Of a DNA stretch of 36,630 bases, positions 1 to 9,898 are shown one piece after another. The position numbers were made by a program, and so were the translations under genes. The stretch is from Octopus bimaculoides (lineage: Eukaryota): positions 52,128,575 to 52,165,204 of the forward strand of contig NC_068991.1 of NCBI RefSeq assembly GCF_001194135.2, written 5' to 3'. Numbering within the stretch: the stretch's first letter is position 1; the number at the start of each line of letters is the position of its first letter. The notes beneath the pieces were generated by a model. It was not told the DNA's origin and ran no database searches. It worked only from the letters and a program-made list of their open reading frames with translations.

Positions 1-36
1 ATATACATAGACACAAAAAAGCACACACGCACACGC

Positions 37-73
<37 letters not shown>

Positions 74-260
74 GACACACACATACATATGTGTATATTT
101 AGATCCAAATATATATGCGTCTGTGTGTGCATAATTTTGCCTGCATACGCACATACACGCATAAACACGCACATGTATACATACAAGTATGTATATAAGT
201 ATGTATATATATACGTATTTATGTTTTATGCAAGTATATGCTGATGTGTGTATATGTAGT
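1..260. repeat. Low-complexity (AT)n/(AC)n/(GTAT)n microsatellite region
   Basis: Direct reading: alternating atat, acac and gtat runs. Confidence 0.85.
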
Positions 261-686
261 TGTGTCTACTAATTAATTGTGTTGAGAAGCAATTCAGTTT
301 CGGCGTGAAGTGTTGAGAGACATGTTATCTACAAGAGACATCCAGGAAGCCATCATGGAAAAACTTTAAGTTGATGCTGAGCTGAATGGCGTCGCTGTAG
401 ATTGAAACAAGATGTGTTATTAGCCTGTAAGCGAAACAGATCAATCAAGGCCGATGAGGATCAGTCGTGTGTACTTTTTGCCAGAGACACAGGCAGTGAA
501 ATTTCTAATCTTTACTGATAGCAATGAAGACACACGCGATTCATAATATTTATTGAATATACTCTCTAATAAGGTCTAAAACGCGTGTGTATAGACATGT
601 CTGTATAGATGTATGTGCATGTTCCGTTGGTGTGCATGTACACAGATAAACTATTCAATATACATATGTATATATACACACAGACA

Positions 687-745
<59 letters not shown>

Positions 746-873
746 NNNNNNNNNNNNNNNNNNNNNNNNNNNNNNNNNNNNNNNNNNNNNNNNNNNNNNN
801 NNNNNNNNNNNNNNNNNNNNNNNNNNNNNNNNNNNNNNNNNNNNNNNNNNNNNNNNNNNNNNNNNNNNNNNNN
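746..873. other. Assembly gap (128 N) between (AT)n and (GT)n
   Basis: N run flanked by (TA)n on the left and (TG)n on the right. Confidence 0.99.
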
Positions 874-941
<68 letters not shown>

Positions 942-1368
942 GTATTGAAGACGCGACTATTGATTAATAGCACATGTTTGAAAGAAAAGTAGTCCCCTAT
1001 TTATACACAGACATACACATTTACGCACACATATATGCATATTTATACACTCTTATGCATATACACATGGATTGATATGGAAAGTGTTCTTTAATCTACA
1101 GCATCATTACCTAACATAAATATGGCTATGCGTTAGAGCTACATTTGCGTCCAAAGATTTTACTGTCAACAAAATCAACGGTCAGCTGTTGTGGCCACTT
1201 CCAGGAAGTAGCCATACCTCCAAACCAATAGACTAATAGATAATGGAGTGGATTAGAAATATGAGATTCTCTATCCTGCCGGAAAACACATTCATTTTTT
1301 GCATGGAAGGTAAATTTTCCAGAATAATCCAGTAGTGAGTGATCTTTTACTTGTAAATTGTCTTCATA

Positions 1369-1746
1369 GGTGCAGGCGTAGCCGAGTGGTAAGAAGTTTG
1401 CTTCACAAACACATGGTTCCGAGGTCAGTCCCACAGAGTGACATCTTTGGCAAGTGATTTTACCTCAGCCTCGGTCCGACCAAAGTCTTGTGAGTGGTTT
1501 TGGTAGACGGAAACTGAAAGAAGCCTGTCATATATATTTATATTCGTGTGTCTGTGACTGCCACTACTGCTCAACAACCAGTGTTGGTGTGTTTACGCCC
1601 GCGTATCCTAGCAGTTTGGAAAAAGAGTTCGATAAAATATGTACCAGGCTTAAAATCTTAAATACTGGGGTCGATTCGTTCAATTAAAATACTTCAAGGC
1701 GGTGCACCAGCATCGCTGCAGTTTAATGACTGAAAGAAATAAAAGA
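1369..1746 (+). mobile_element. tRNA-derived SINE, family A (near full length)
   Basis: Pol III A-box-like TAGCCGAGTGG and a decayed B-box region, then the body 'gaccaaagtcttgtgagtgg...tggtagacggaaactgaaagaagcc' and the 3' end 'ggcggtgcaccagcat...aatgactgaaa'. More than 10 homologous copies occur in this window. Confidence 0.9.
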
Positions 1747-1950
1747 TTAATTAGCAACAATTAGCCATTTTAGCCAGTGTGAGACGCTGGGTGATCCTAT
1801 AGTATAACCATCTCTATCTGTCTTACTTTCTATGTATGCTTGTATGTGTGTATGTATGTATGTATGCATGCATGTATGCATGCATACATACATGCATGTG
1901 TGTATGTGTGTAATATATGTACATATTATCTTTCTTTTGTTTTTTCGTAA

Positions 1951-2121
1951 CTTGTTTGCAGTCATTAGACTGCAGCCATATGCTAGGTTACCATCTTGAT
2001 GAGTCTAGTCGAACAAATCGACCCCAATACATTTTTTATTAGCCTGGTACTTATTTTATCGTTCTCTCTTACCGAACTGATAAGTTACAGGGATGTAAAT
2101 GCACCAACTACAGTTGTCAAG
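1951..2121 (-). mobile_element. SINE family A, 3' half fragment
   Basis: Reverse complement matches the 3' half of the copies at 1369 and 3819 ('cctggtacttattttatcg...ccgaactgataagttacagggatgtaaat'). Confidence 0.75.
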
Positions 2122-2209
2122 CATGGGAGTAGTTGCGACTGTGCGCCATTGTAAAAGCCCAAAACGGCTGAAATGCATCGATTCCAGCACTTTTTATTAA
2201 CTACTAAGA

Positions 2210-2330
2210 TTGGTACTTATTCTATTGGTTTCTTTTGCCGAACCACTAAGTTATGGGGACACTAACAAACCGACAACGGTTGTCAAGCGGTAATGGAAGG
2301 CAAACACGAACAGAGAGATACACACACACA
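2210..2330 (-). mobile_element. SINE family A, internal fragment
   Basis: 'ggtacttattctattgg...gccgaaccactaagttatggggac...caacggttgtcaagc' matches the other copies. Confidence 0.7.
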
Positions 2331-2605
2331 TATATATAGATGTAAAAAGCAAAAAGTAAGAGTCAAAAGGAAGGGTAAGTACAGTTAGGCAGCTTTTTAA
2401 TCGCTACAAATGTTTCGATACATACAGATCCTCGTATATACAGGATTTAAAGTTTAAATTAAATTATTTAACGATTTACCTTCTATTTGGGAATTCTAAG
2501 GGTGAACGAGTTCTATTTGTACTCTTATATGTTCTTAACAGAAAACACCTCAGCTATATATAGATGTATATATATTAATGTATATAAATATATATATATA
2601 TACAT

Positions 2606-2644
<39 letters not shown>

Positions 2645-2857
2645 CATACATACGTGCATTTATATAAACGAAAAAATCCAGTGAAATCCGTGAAGGTAGA
2701 ATCAGTAGATCCAGTGATAATCCGGGTGGAGTGCTGGTATGCTGATGAGAGGTCATGAAAGTTCGAGATGTAGTTCAGATATGCAAGTTCAAAGAGTAAG
2801 AAGTTCAGTCAGGATGAAACTGGGGTAACCACGTGAGCGTACAATATATAGTTGTAG

Positions 2858-3000
2858 TTTATAGAAAAACAAAAGACGAAGACAGGTGTATGAACAACAA
2901 GCAAGTGTATTACTTTGACGCTCGGGAAAAATGAAAAAGTCTTTCACGTTTTGAGCCAACGCTCTTCAACAGAAAGGAATAAGAGAAAATAAACAGAGAG
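2858..3000 (-). mobile_element. Penelope-like terminal repeat (pLTR-like), copy 1
   Basis: Homologous to 3376-3480 and 21785-21890. Carries a minimal hammerhead-like motif on the minus strand. The Penelope assignment is inferred from that motif and the inverted arrangement. Confidence 0.55.
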
Positions 3001-3039
3001 AGAGAATGAAAAAACTTGTAGATTTCAGCGGTCCAAAAT

Positions 3040-3120
3040 TTTTTCATTTTTCCCGAGTGTCAAACTAATACACTTGTTTGTATTTCATACACTTATTTTC
3101 GTTTTTTGTTCTTCTATAAA
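3040..3120 (+). mobile_element. Inverted partial copy of the same pLTR-like repeat
   Basis: Reverse complement aligns with 2858-2938 (tttatagaa...caagtgtatta-tttgac-ctcgggaaaaatgaaaaa). Confidence 0.7.
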
Positions 3121-3132
3121 TTTCACGTATAC

Positions 3133-3375
3133 NNNNNNNNNNNNNNNNNNNNNNNNNNNNNNNNNNNNNNNNNNNNNNNNNNNNNNNNNNNNNNNNNNNN
3201 NNNNNNNNNNNNNNNNNNNNNNNNNNNNNNNNNNNNNNNNNNNNNNNNNNNNNNNNNNNNNNNNNNNNNNNNNNNNNNNNNNNNNNNNNNNNNNNNNNNN
3301 NNNNNNNNNNNNNNNNNNNNNNNNNNNNNNNNNNNNNNNNNNNNNNNNNNNNNNNNNNNNNNNNNNNNNNNNNNN
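3133..3375. other. Assembly gap (243 N)
   Basis: N run. Confidence 0.99.
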
Positions 3376-3480
3376 GGTGTTGAAAACAAATAGATGTATT
3401 AGTATAACGCTCGGGAATTGAGAAAGTCTTTAACGTTTCGAGCCTACGCTCTTCTACAGAAAGGAACACGGAAAGAAACA
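3376..3480 (-). mobile_element. Penelope-like terminal repeat, copy 2 (best-preserved hammerhead-like motif)
   Basis: Minus strand reads cttt-CTGTAGA-A-gagc-gtag-gctc-GAA-ACGT-T-aaag at 3463..3428. Confidence 0.55.
3428..3463 (-). ncRNA. Minimal type-I hammerhead-ribozyme-like motif (atypical core)
   Basis: Stem I CUUU/AAAG, core CUGUAGA(A), stem II GAGC-GUAG-GCUC, GAA, palindromic stem III ACGU, H17=U. The normally invariant A6 is U, so activity is doubtful. Confidence 0.4.
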
Positions 3481-3537
3481 AGAAGAGGTATGTATGTATG
3501 TATGTATGTATGTATGTATGTATGTATAAACTACTGG

Positions 3538-3693
3538 TTTCTTTCAGTTTCCATCAACTAAATCCACTAACAAGGTTTTGGTCGACCCGGAGTTATAGCA
3601 GAATACACTTGCACATGGTGCAATGCAGTGAAATCGAACCTGGAACCATGAGGTTGGGAAGCAAACTTCTTACCACACAGCCACGCCTGCGCC
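3538..3693 (-). mobile_element. SINE family A, 5' half with tRNA-like head
   Basis: Reverse complement begins ggcgcaggcgtggctgtgtggtaagaag (A box) ... ggttcgatttc (B box). Confidence 0.85.
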
Positions 3694-3818
3694 TATATGG
3701 GAGATAAAATATCAGAATTCCTTCATTGCATTCGTACTGATTTCGCAAATATTTCAGGACCAACAATCTACCCTACACAAAATATTATGACCATGATAGA
3801 TAGCAAACATTGTCAAGG

Positions 3819-3975
3819 GGTGCAGGCGTGGCTGTGTGGTAAGAAGTTTTTTTCCCAGCCACATGGTTCTGGGTTCACTCCCACTGCATGGCACCTTGTG
3901 AATGTGTCTTCTACTAAATTCGACCAATACGTTGTGAGTGGACTTAGTAGACGGAAACTGAAAGAAGCCCGTCCG

Positions 3976-4051
<76 letters not shown>

Positions 4052-4232
4052 CCACAGTTGTTTGACAACCGGTGTTTACGTCCCTGTAAGATAGCGGCTC
4101 GGCAAAATAGACATATAAAATAAGTACCTGGCTTTAAAAGATAAGTACTGGAACCGATTCGTTCGACTAAAATTCTTCAAGGCGGCGCCCCAGCATGGCC
4201 GTAATCTAATGACTGAAACAAGTGAAAGATAA
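3819..4232 (+). mobile_element. SINE family A, full length, with internal (GT)n at 3979-4043
   Basis: Head ggtgcaggcgtggctgtgtggtaagaag, B-box gggttcactcc, full body and 3' end. Confidence 0.92.
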
Positions 4233-4534
4233 ACGATAAAAAGAGATTTACGTTTCTATCTTTTCTAATGATGAAATGAACGAGTGAATTAGGTATTAGA
4301 CTTCAAAATCAGGGATCATGATTTCAAGCCCTTCCGTTTCTGAGTACGACTTTTGAGCGAACATGAATTAATTTGCGCTGCCAAGAGGAATGTATTGCAG
4401 AATTTTAGGAATCAGTTAAATAAGAATGATCACCCATTGATGGATGTGTCTGAAAGTTTAATAACTGATTGTATGATAACTGTTGTTTTAGTTTAACTGC
4501 ACTGAACGAGACTAGTTTCTTTACATCCTTATAG

Positions 4535-4567
4535 GCCCGTCCCATCCGAAGATGAAGACAGGTGAGG
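4535..4567 (+). other. Candidate micro-exon (27 or 33 nt) of an unidentified host gene
   Basis: Acceptor tttctttacatccttatAG|G at 4533-4534, consensus donor AGG|GTAAGT at 4568 (alternative AG|GTGAGG at 4562), purine-rich GAAGATGAAGAC body. No homology recognised. Confidence 0.3.
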
Positions 4568-5667
4568 GTAAGTTATAGTTGTTATGTATAATGGCCACAC
4601 ACCTTTAATTTTAAATCGTGACTCATTATCGAAATAAAATTTTATCCCCATATTGCAAATCCACCCGAAATATTTCTTTGCCCACGCATTTCATTCTTCT
4701 CGTTGAGGGTGATGTTGGTTGATGGAACGACACTCAATCTTTGACCTATTTCTTTAATTCCTGTTCCTTTTCTAACAAACACCCACTTATGCTTGAAAAA
4801 CATACATCGACGTATTTCAAGGTACCTTTGTACTCTGTTCTCTATTTTGAATAGGTTTTCATTTAACCTTTTATATTTAGTTTTATTTTTAAGACCACAT
4901 CTTGCGTTTGTTTCACCCACACTTTTCAACGACACTCATCCTTTGTGTAGATCTTACGGTGTTTTTCATTTTATGTTTGTTCAATGGTTTTGACACACCT
5001 GCTCGATTCACTCAGCATGTTGCGACAATCCTTTTGTGTTGCTGGACATTCACCGAGTTTCTTCATTTAAGTTCAATGCCTAAAATAAGTTATGCTTTAT
5101 ACATAATTAAAAACAAATAACATTTTGCATGTAGGCAATAGTGAAAGCCCTGAAAAAAAAACACTTTATTGTATTACAAATCGAAGGAGAATTGCAAGCA
5201 TTTTATGGCAGTAAAATTTAATTTATAGAAACATACCTGCACGATACGAATTGTTTTTATATAATATATGTAATGTTTTACGAACTCAGCAGTTCTCAAT
5301 GGAGCAAAACCAGTTGGCATTGAATCAAATTTGTTTAACTTCAATGGCTCTTCTTCTGCAGTTTCAATTTAGAACAGGCGTTGAGCATAACAATTATTGA
5401 GAAAAGAAATTCGTGGCTAATTTTCTAAAAAATAAAGAAAAATTAAGAACAACCGGTTTCTCTACAACTCTATATATTTATCAGGATTTGTATTCTGGAT
5501 TTAAAAGAAAGCATGCTACATCTCTTGAAAATATTAGTTTTTGTAAACTATAACTGCATTTTAAGCTGTTTTGAAATGTCAGCAACATAGATGTAAAATA
5601 GCCATGTAAAAATTAACTTCAAGATCACTTATATTTATATTTCTTAAAATTATGACTAAACGGAAAT

Positions 5668-5930
5668 TTCCAGTGCATCAGCCACAATCGGTACTGCATT
5701 TAAGTGTCTGATTCTCCATAGTTTCCTGTTTCCTCAGCTGCAACTTTCTTATTTTCCTTCACATTTATCATGTGGTCCCAAGGTGAAGCAATATCTGCAT
5801 TAATTACTTTGTTTTTCTTTTCTACGACAACAATGTTAGGTTTTCTAGCCACGATAAGATGGTCTCACTGGATGGTAATGTCTCACAAGATCTTAAATTG
5901 TTCATTTTCAGCAACCCTTTCTGGTTGGTG
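5668..5930 (-). mobile_element. Decayed R4/Dong-type RLE non-LTR retrotransposon fragment (endonuclease domain), inverted
   Basis: Minus-strand translation HQPERVAENEQFKIL*DITIQ*DHLIVARKPNIVVVEKKNKVINADIASPWDHMINVKENKKV..., then a frameshift and KLWRIRHLNAVPIVADALE. This is the RKPD/PD-(D/E)xK region typical of RLE LINEs. Confidence 0.85.
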
Positions 5931-6017
5931 AAACAGTCTGGGAATTTATATAAACGGAAATTTATATAAACGTACATAAATAAAAGTCTTCATATTAGAA
6001 TTAACATTAGTTTAAAT

Positions 6018-6208
6018 TGCACTGGAAGCAGTTAGTAAAAGACTGGATGCATGGCTTGAGAAGCTAGGAATTACCATCAGGACGGGACTCTTGCAGAAAA
6101 CAACGTTCTTGGGAACAACAAGAGTTCTAAGGGGTGTGTTAGAATGTCAAAGGCTATGGCTAGCTATTTTCGTAAAGTGTCAGTAAAATATCTGCCAGAG
6201 CAAAAGCC
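6018..6208 (+). mobile_element. 3' end of the same RLE LINE, followed by (GAT)n
   Basis: Translation ALEAVSKRLDAWLEKLGITIRTGLLQKTTFLGTTRVLRGVLEC matches the R4/Dong C-terminal LQK..LGT.RIL motif. Confidence 0.85.
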
Positions 6209-6265
6209 TGATGATGATGATGATGATGATGACGACGATGATGTTGATGACGATGATGATGATAA
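6209..6265. repeat. (GAT)n microsatellite
   Basis: Direct reading. Confidence 0.95.
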
Positions 6266-6271
6266 TTCTCT

Positions 6272-6474
6272 CTTTTACCGGCACGAGGATAGTAATTTCA
6301 GGGGAGTAGGCTCATCAATTACATCGGCCCCAATGCTCAACTGGTACTTATCGATCCCGAAAGGATGAACGGCAAAATCTACCTCGGCAGAATTTGAACT
6401 CAGAACGTAAAGGCAGACGAAATATCGCTAAGCAATTTGGTCCGGTGTGCTAATGATTCTACTCGCTCGCCGCT
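6272..6474 (-). mobile_element. tRNA-derived SINE, family B
   Basis: 'actggtacttatcgatcccgaaaggatgaacggcaaaatctacctcggcagaatttgaactcagaacg' is shared with about 10 other copies in the window. Confidence 0.88.
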
Positions 6475-6479
6475 TGGAA

Positions 6480-6907
6480 AACAAAAATTGATAAGCTCAG
6501 AAAATATAAATATTTGCTGATTGAAATCGAAAAAATGTGGCATCTCAAGACAGTTACAAAACCAATAATTGTAGGAGTTGTTGGAATGATCAAAAATGGA
6601 ACTGAAAATTATTTGAGGATTACCCTTAGCTTACCAGGAAGTGCAAAAGATTGTCTTAAATGGTACGTCACATGTATCGCTAAGTACATTGTTACTGTGA
6701 ATTTTCTTTCCTTTTTCCCCTTTATTTTCTTTGTTTTCTTTCTTTTTCATTTTTAATTTTTCTCTTTCTTCTTCTTTTTTCTATCACATGACTTTAAAAA
6801 TTAACAATCTGATGTGTTTATTTTAATGGCCTATCAATGTATACAGTAAGTTCCTTTGCCTTAAGTTTTGGGAAGACACTTGGCAAGAAATAAAAACAAA
6901 ATTGAAA

Positions 6908-6945
<38 letters not shown>
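6480..6945 (+). mobile_element. 3' fragment of a second R4/Dong-type RLE LINE subfamily with 3' UTR and (AAT)n tail
   Basis: Translation KLRKYKYLLIEIEKMWHLKTVTKPIIVGVVGMIKNGTENYL, then a frameshift and EVQKIVLNGTSHV. The 3' UTR is homologous to 23970-24262 on the minus strand. Confidence 0.85.
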
Positions 6946-6954
6946 CAACAATCG

Positions 6955-6985
<31 letters not shown>

Positions 6986-7544
6986 AGATGTCTTGATGCA
7001 GTACCAGGCGGTGGCTTTCATGGCTTCTCATCTCAACTGATTGAAAATGTTACCATGCACATTGTTTTGTCTCAGTATAAAAGATGGGCTACAGCAAATA
7101 TTCTGCTCAATACCACAGATATGCTTGTCAGTTGTTTGACCTTAGCCAGTTGAGCATGTTCCTTAGTAGCTGACGATATGTGTATCTCTGATCAAGAGTA
7201 GAAGTAGTTGGGGGAGCATCATAGCCATGTGTTAAGAGGAATTCTTTGGGGTTTGGATAAATCATCTTTGGAAATATGGGTGTTTCGTTCAACATCCTTA
7301 AACAACCCTTATTCACAAACCTTTTGAGCGGGATGAGCTACTCAACCTGAATAAAATTCTAACTGAGCCCCACCTGCAACGTCATGCGCTATTTATCTTG
7401 ATATGAGATTACCATGTCACGCACATATGGTTATGATGCATATGCCTGGTGTACCCTTATCAAACGGATAGTCACGATGAGTATACTGGTTTTTGTATAT
7501 TTTACCCCAGTGCCACGTTGATGGCATGCAGTGCTCTCTCACTC

Positions 7545-7588
<44 letters not shown>

Positions 7589-7590
7589 GC
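6986..7590 (+). mobile_element. Unclassified ~600-bp interspersed repeat ending in (AAT)n
   Basis: Ends '...ccccagtgccacgttgatggcatgcagtgctctctcactc(aat)n' like a retroposon tail. I recognise it from memory as a common octopus repeat; there is no second copy in the window. Confidence 0.5.
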
Positions 7591-7648
7591 AGCAACAGCA
7601 ACAACAGCAACAACAACAACAACAATAATAATGTAAATCAGAAATAAA

Positions 7649-7919
7649 GGTAAGAAAACTTGCTCTGCAACATCGTGGTTCTGGGTTCAGCCCCCACTGC
7701 ATGACACTTTGTGAAAATGTCTTCTTGTATAGCCCCCGGCCGACCAATCCTTTGCGAAAGAATTTGAGAGACGGAAACTGTGTGGAAGCCAGTCGTGAGT
7801 GTGCGCATGTGCGTGTGCATATATGTGTATGTATGTGTGCGTGTGTCTGTGTGTATTTGTATCTGTGTCTAACCCATCTGCCACTTGACAGTCGGTTTGC
7901 TTTTTAACACTCCCGTAAC
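7649..7919 (+). mobile_element. SINE family A, 5' part, followed by a family B fragment at ~7928-7985
   Basis: 'ggtaagaaaacttgc...gggttcagccccc...acggaaactgtgtggaagcc', then 'gaggtcgacttcgcttttcatc'. Confidence 0.8.
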
Positions 7920-9439
7920 ATTATATCCTGAGGTCGACTTCGCTTTTCATCTTCTCGATGACAAATAAAATAAATAAATAAATAACCAAATGAATAAAAG
8001 ACCTCCTAATATAGTGAGGCTGATTACAATGACTATTTAATCTCCGTCAAAAGAATCTGAGTATGTGTCACTGTTAGAAATCGATAATCTATATGTCTGA
8101 TATGAATACTTTAGGTATACAACAAGCATATACTATAATATAACTCCCATCAATGATTTAGCGAAAGCATAACTAAAATGATGCATTCTGTAAATTACTT
8201 AAAAGAAAAGCTTACTTTGGGATAGCGTAAATACAACAGATGAATCATGAAGCAATAACTATTTTTTAAAATTCAGTAGAATAAAATTATAACGAATAAA
8301 ACTAAAGTTAATGTTTTAAGGCATGTAGGAACAGAATAAATTATCAATGTTTCAAGCACAGGCTCTGTTTCAAGAAAAACGAAAACATTATCAAAGAAGA
8401 AAGCGAAAACGATAGTAATTCCATCGGATTCTGGATCTCATTTAAGATCTGTTCCTGTGATGGATATATAGCAATTCTTGATGACGTCACTCCTGTTGCT
8501 GTTTCTAACCTTTTGTTTTACTGAAGAATCACCAATATTACCACTCATCATAACATCATTCGAGGCTGTTAATGACAGCTTTCTGCTTTTTTATTCATCA
8601 TTTGTAAATTGATTGTTACATTGAAATGTCACTTGAAACAATTTATTCTTTGCTTTCTACTCTTTCACATCGAAAATCGTCAATTTGTTTCTTTTTTTTT
8701 TTAATATACATTTGTCAATAATACATTAGCTATTATAGTTTTAGTGCCCAGCCTTTTCCCGTTCTATAAATATTATTCATGTGTTTATTTCATGTATGTA
8801 AAAGTCCATCAGTCAAACGAATAGGTTGAAGTTTGGATGCTTTTTTCTAGAAGTTCCACTCACACATTAGGGACACAATTATTCTAATTACATCTCCTAC
8901 CTTCTATCACCTATTCTCGACTTCTCGATTTTTATCCTATTTTCCTATTTTATTGTCTTTTATGTACTTATTTCCCTAGTTATATTTGAGACCAATAAAA
9001 TAAAAGCTCCAATTCGCCGTCCTTCTCTATAAAACTCGCTCAACAGTATAACGCTACACCAGTCTGCTCAGCTCAAGCTCTTTCTAATGTCTTGGACTTA
9101 ATTACTGAGACATATTTCATTAAATTATTTCAGATTTCTCTTCATTGTTTCTTAAAGAAAGTTCCTATTATTAAAAAAAAAACATTCATCTGTTTATTTC
9201 CTTCCATTATATATTATTGCACTGGCATTTGGCCGAGTGGATTGGATACAAGTCAATCGGCTGAGAGCATTAAAATAGATATACTGACGCTAGCAAACTG
9301 TATTGTGTCAACGATCAAGAAAAAATACTTCACTGACTAAGTCGCACATGACTAGAAATAGATATAGCTCTCTACTAGAGCAGTAGCACACTTTTCTCTC
9401 AGTTGAGGATTGGGCTACAACTGATTATATTGGCTATAT

Positions 9440-9500
9440 TCCAAAACTGGTACTTATTTTATCGACCCTGAACGGATAAAAAGTAAAATTGATCTTTGCA
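9440..9500 (-). mobile_element. SINE family B central-domain fragment
   Basis: 'aactggtacttattttatcgaccctgaacggataaaaagtaaaattgatct' matches the family B core. Confidence 0.65.
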
Positions 9501-9674
9501 TTTTGTCCGCAGTTTATAATTACCGTATTTGATGGCATATAAAACTTTTTTTAAATTGTTTCCAAAAGATCCCTGGAAACAATTGTTTCCCTGGTCCTAC
9601 ATGCAAAGTTGGGCCTCTCATGAGCTAATTTTGTCCTGGACGTTCACTAAAGCAACAGTAATTTAAATCTAAAC

Positions 9675-9898
9675 CAGTGTTTCTCGACCATTGTTTGCCT
9701 ATGGACCTTTTTGGTTCCCATTTTACTCGAGTGAATCCTCACAGCTTTTCGTGGTTTTAAAAAACCCTATTATATTTTATAATTGTTAAAATATTTTGTG
9801 TTTTGTAGTGGTATGACCAATTTATTGCACATAAATTTCAAGGAGAAAATCTTATATGGACTCCCAAGGGTCATATGGACCCCGATTCAAAACCACTG
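9675..9898. mobile_element. hAT (Charlie-like) MITE, 224 bp
   Basis: Termini CAGTGTTTCTCGACC and gattcaaaaCCACTG. 8-bp flanking duplication atctaaac (9667-9674) / atttaaac (9899-9906), 7/8 identical with a central TA. Confidence 0.8.

Noticed and set aside
4318-4497. 59-codon ORF MISSPSVSEYDFLSEHELICAAKRNVLQNFRNQLNKNDHPLMD...
   Set aside because: Its 5' part overlaps what looks like a decayed SINE head, no homology is recognised, and an ORF of this length is expected by chance.
5282-5355. Minus-strand exon candidate (EEPLKLNKFDSMPTGFAPLRTAEF)
   Set aside because: The acceptor lacks a pyrimidine tract, the donor is weak, and there is no recognisable homology or partner exon.
8340-8640. Protein-looking short frames on both strands
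   Set aside because: They are interrupted by stops, have weak splice signals, and show no recognisable domain.
8990-9066. CCAAT ... TATAAAA (9028) ... CCAGT as a core promoter
   Set aside because: These motifs are common in AT-rich DNA, the spacing is marginal, and no downstream gene is evident.
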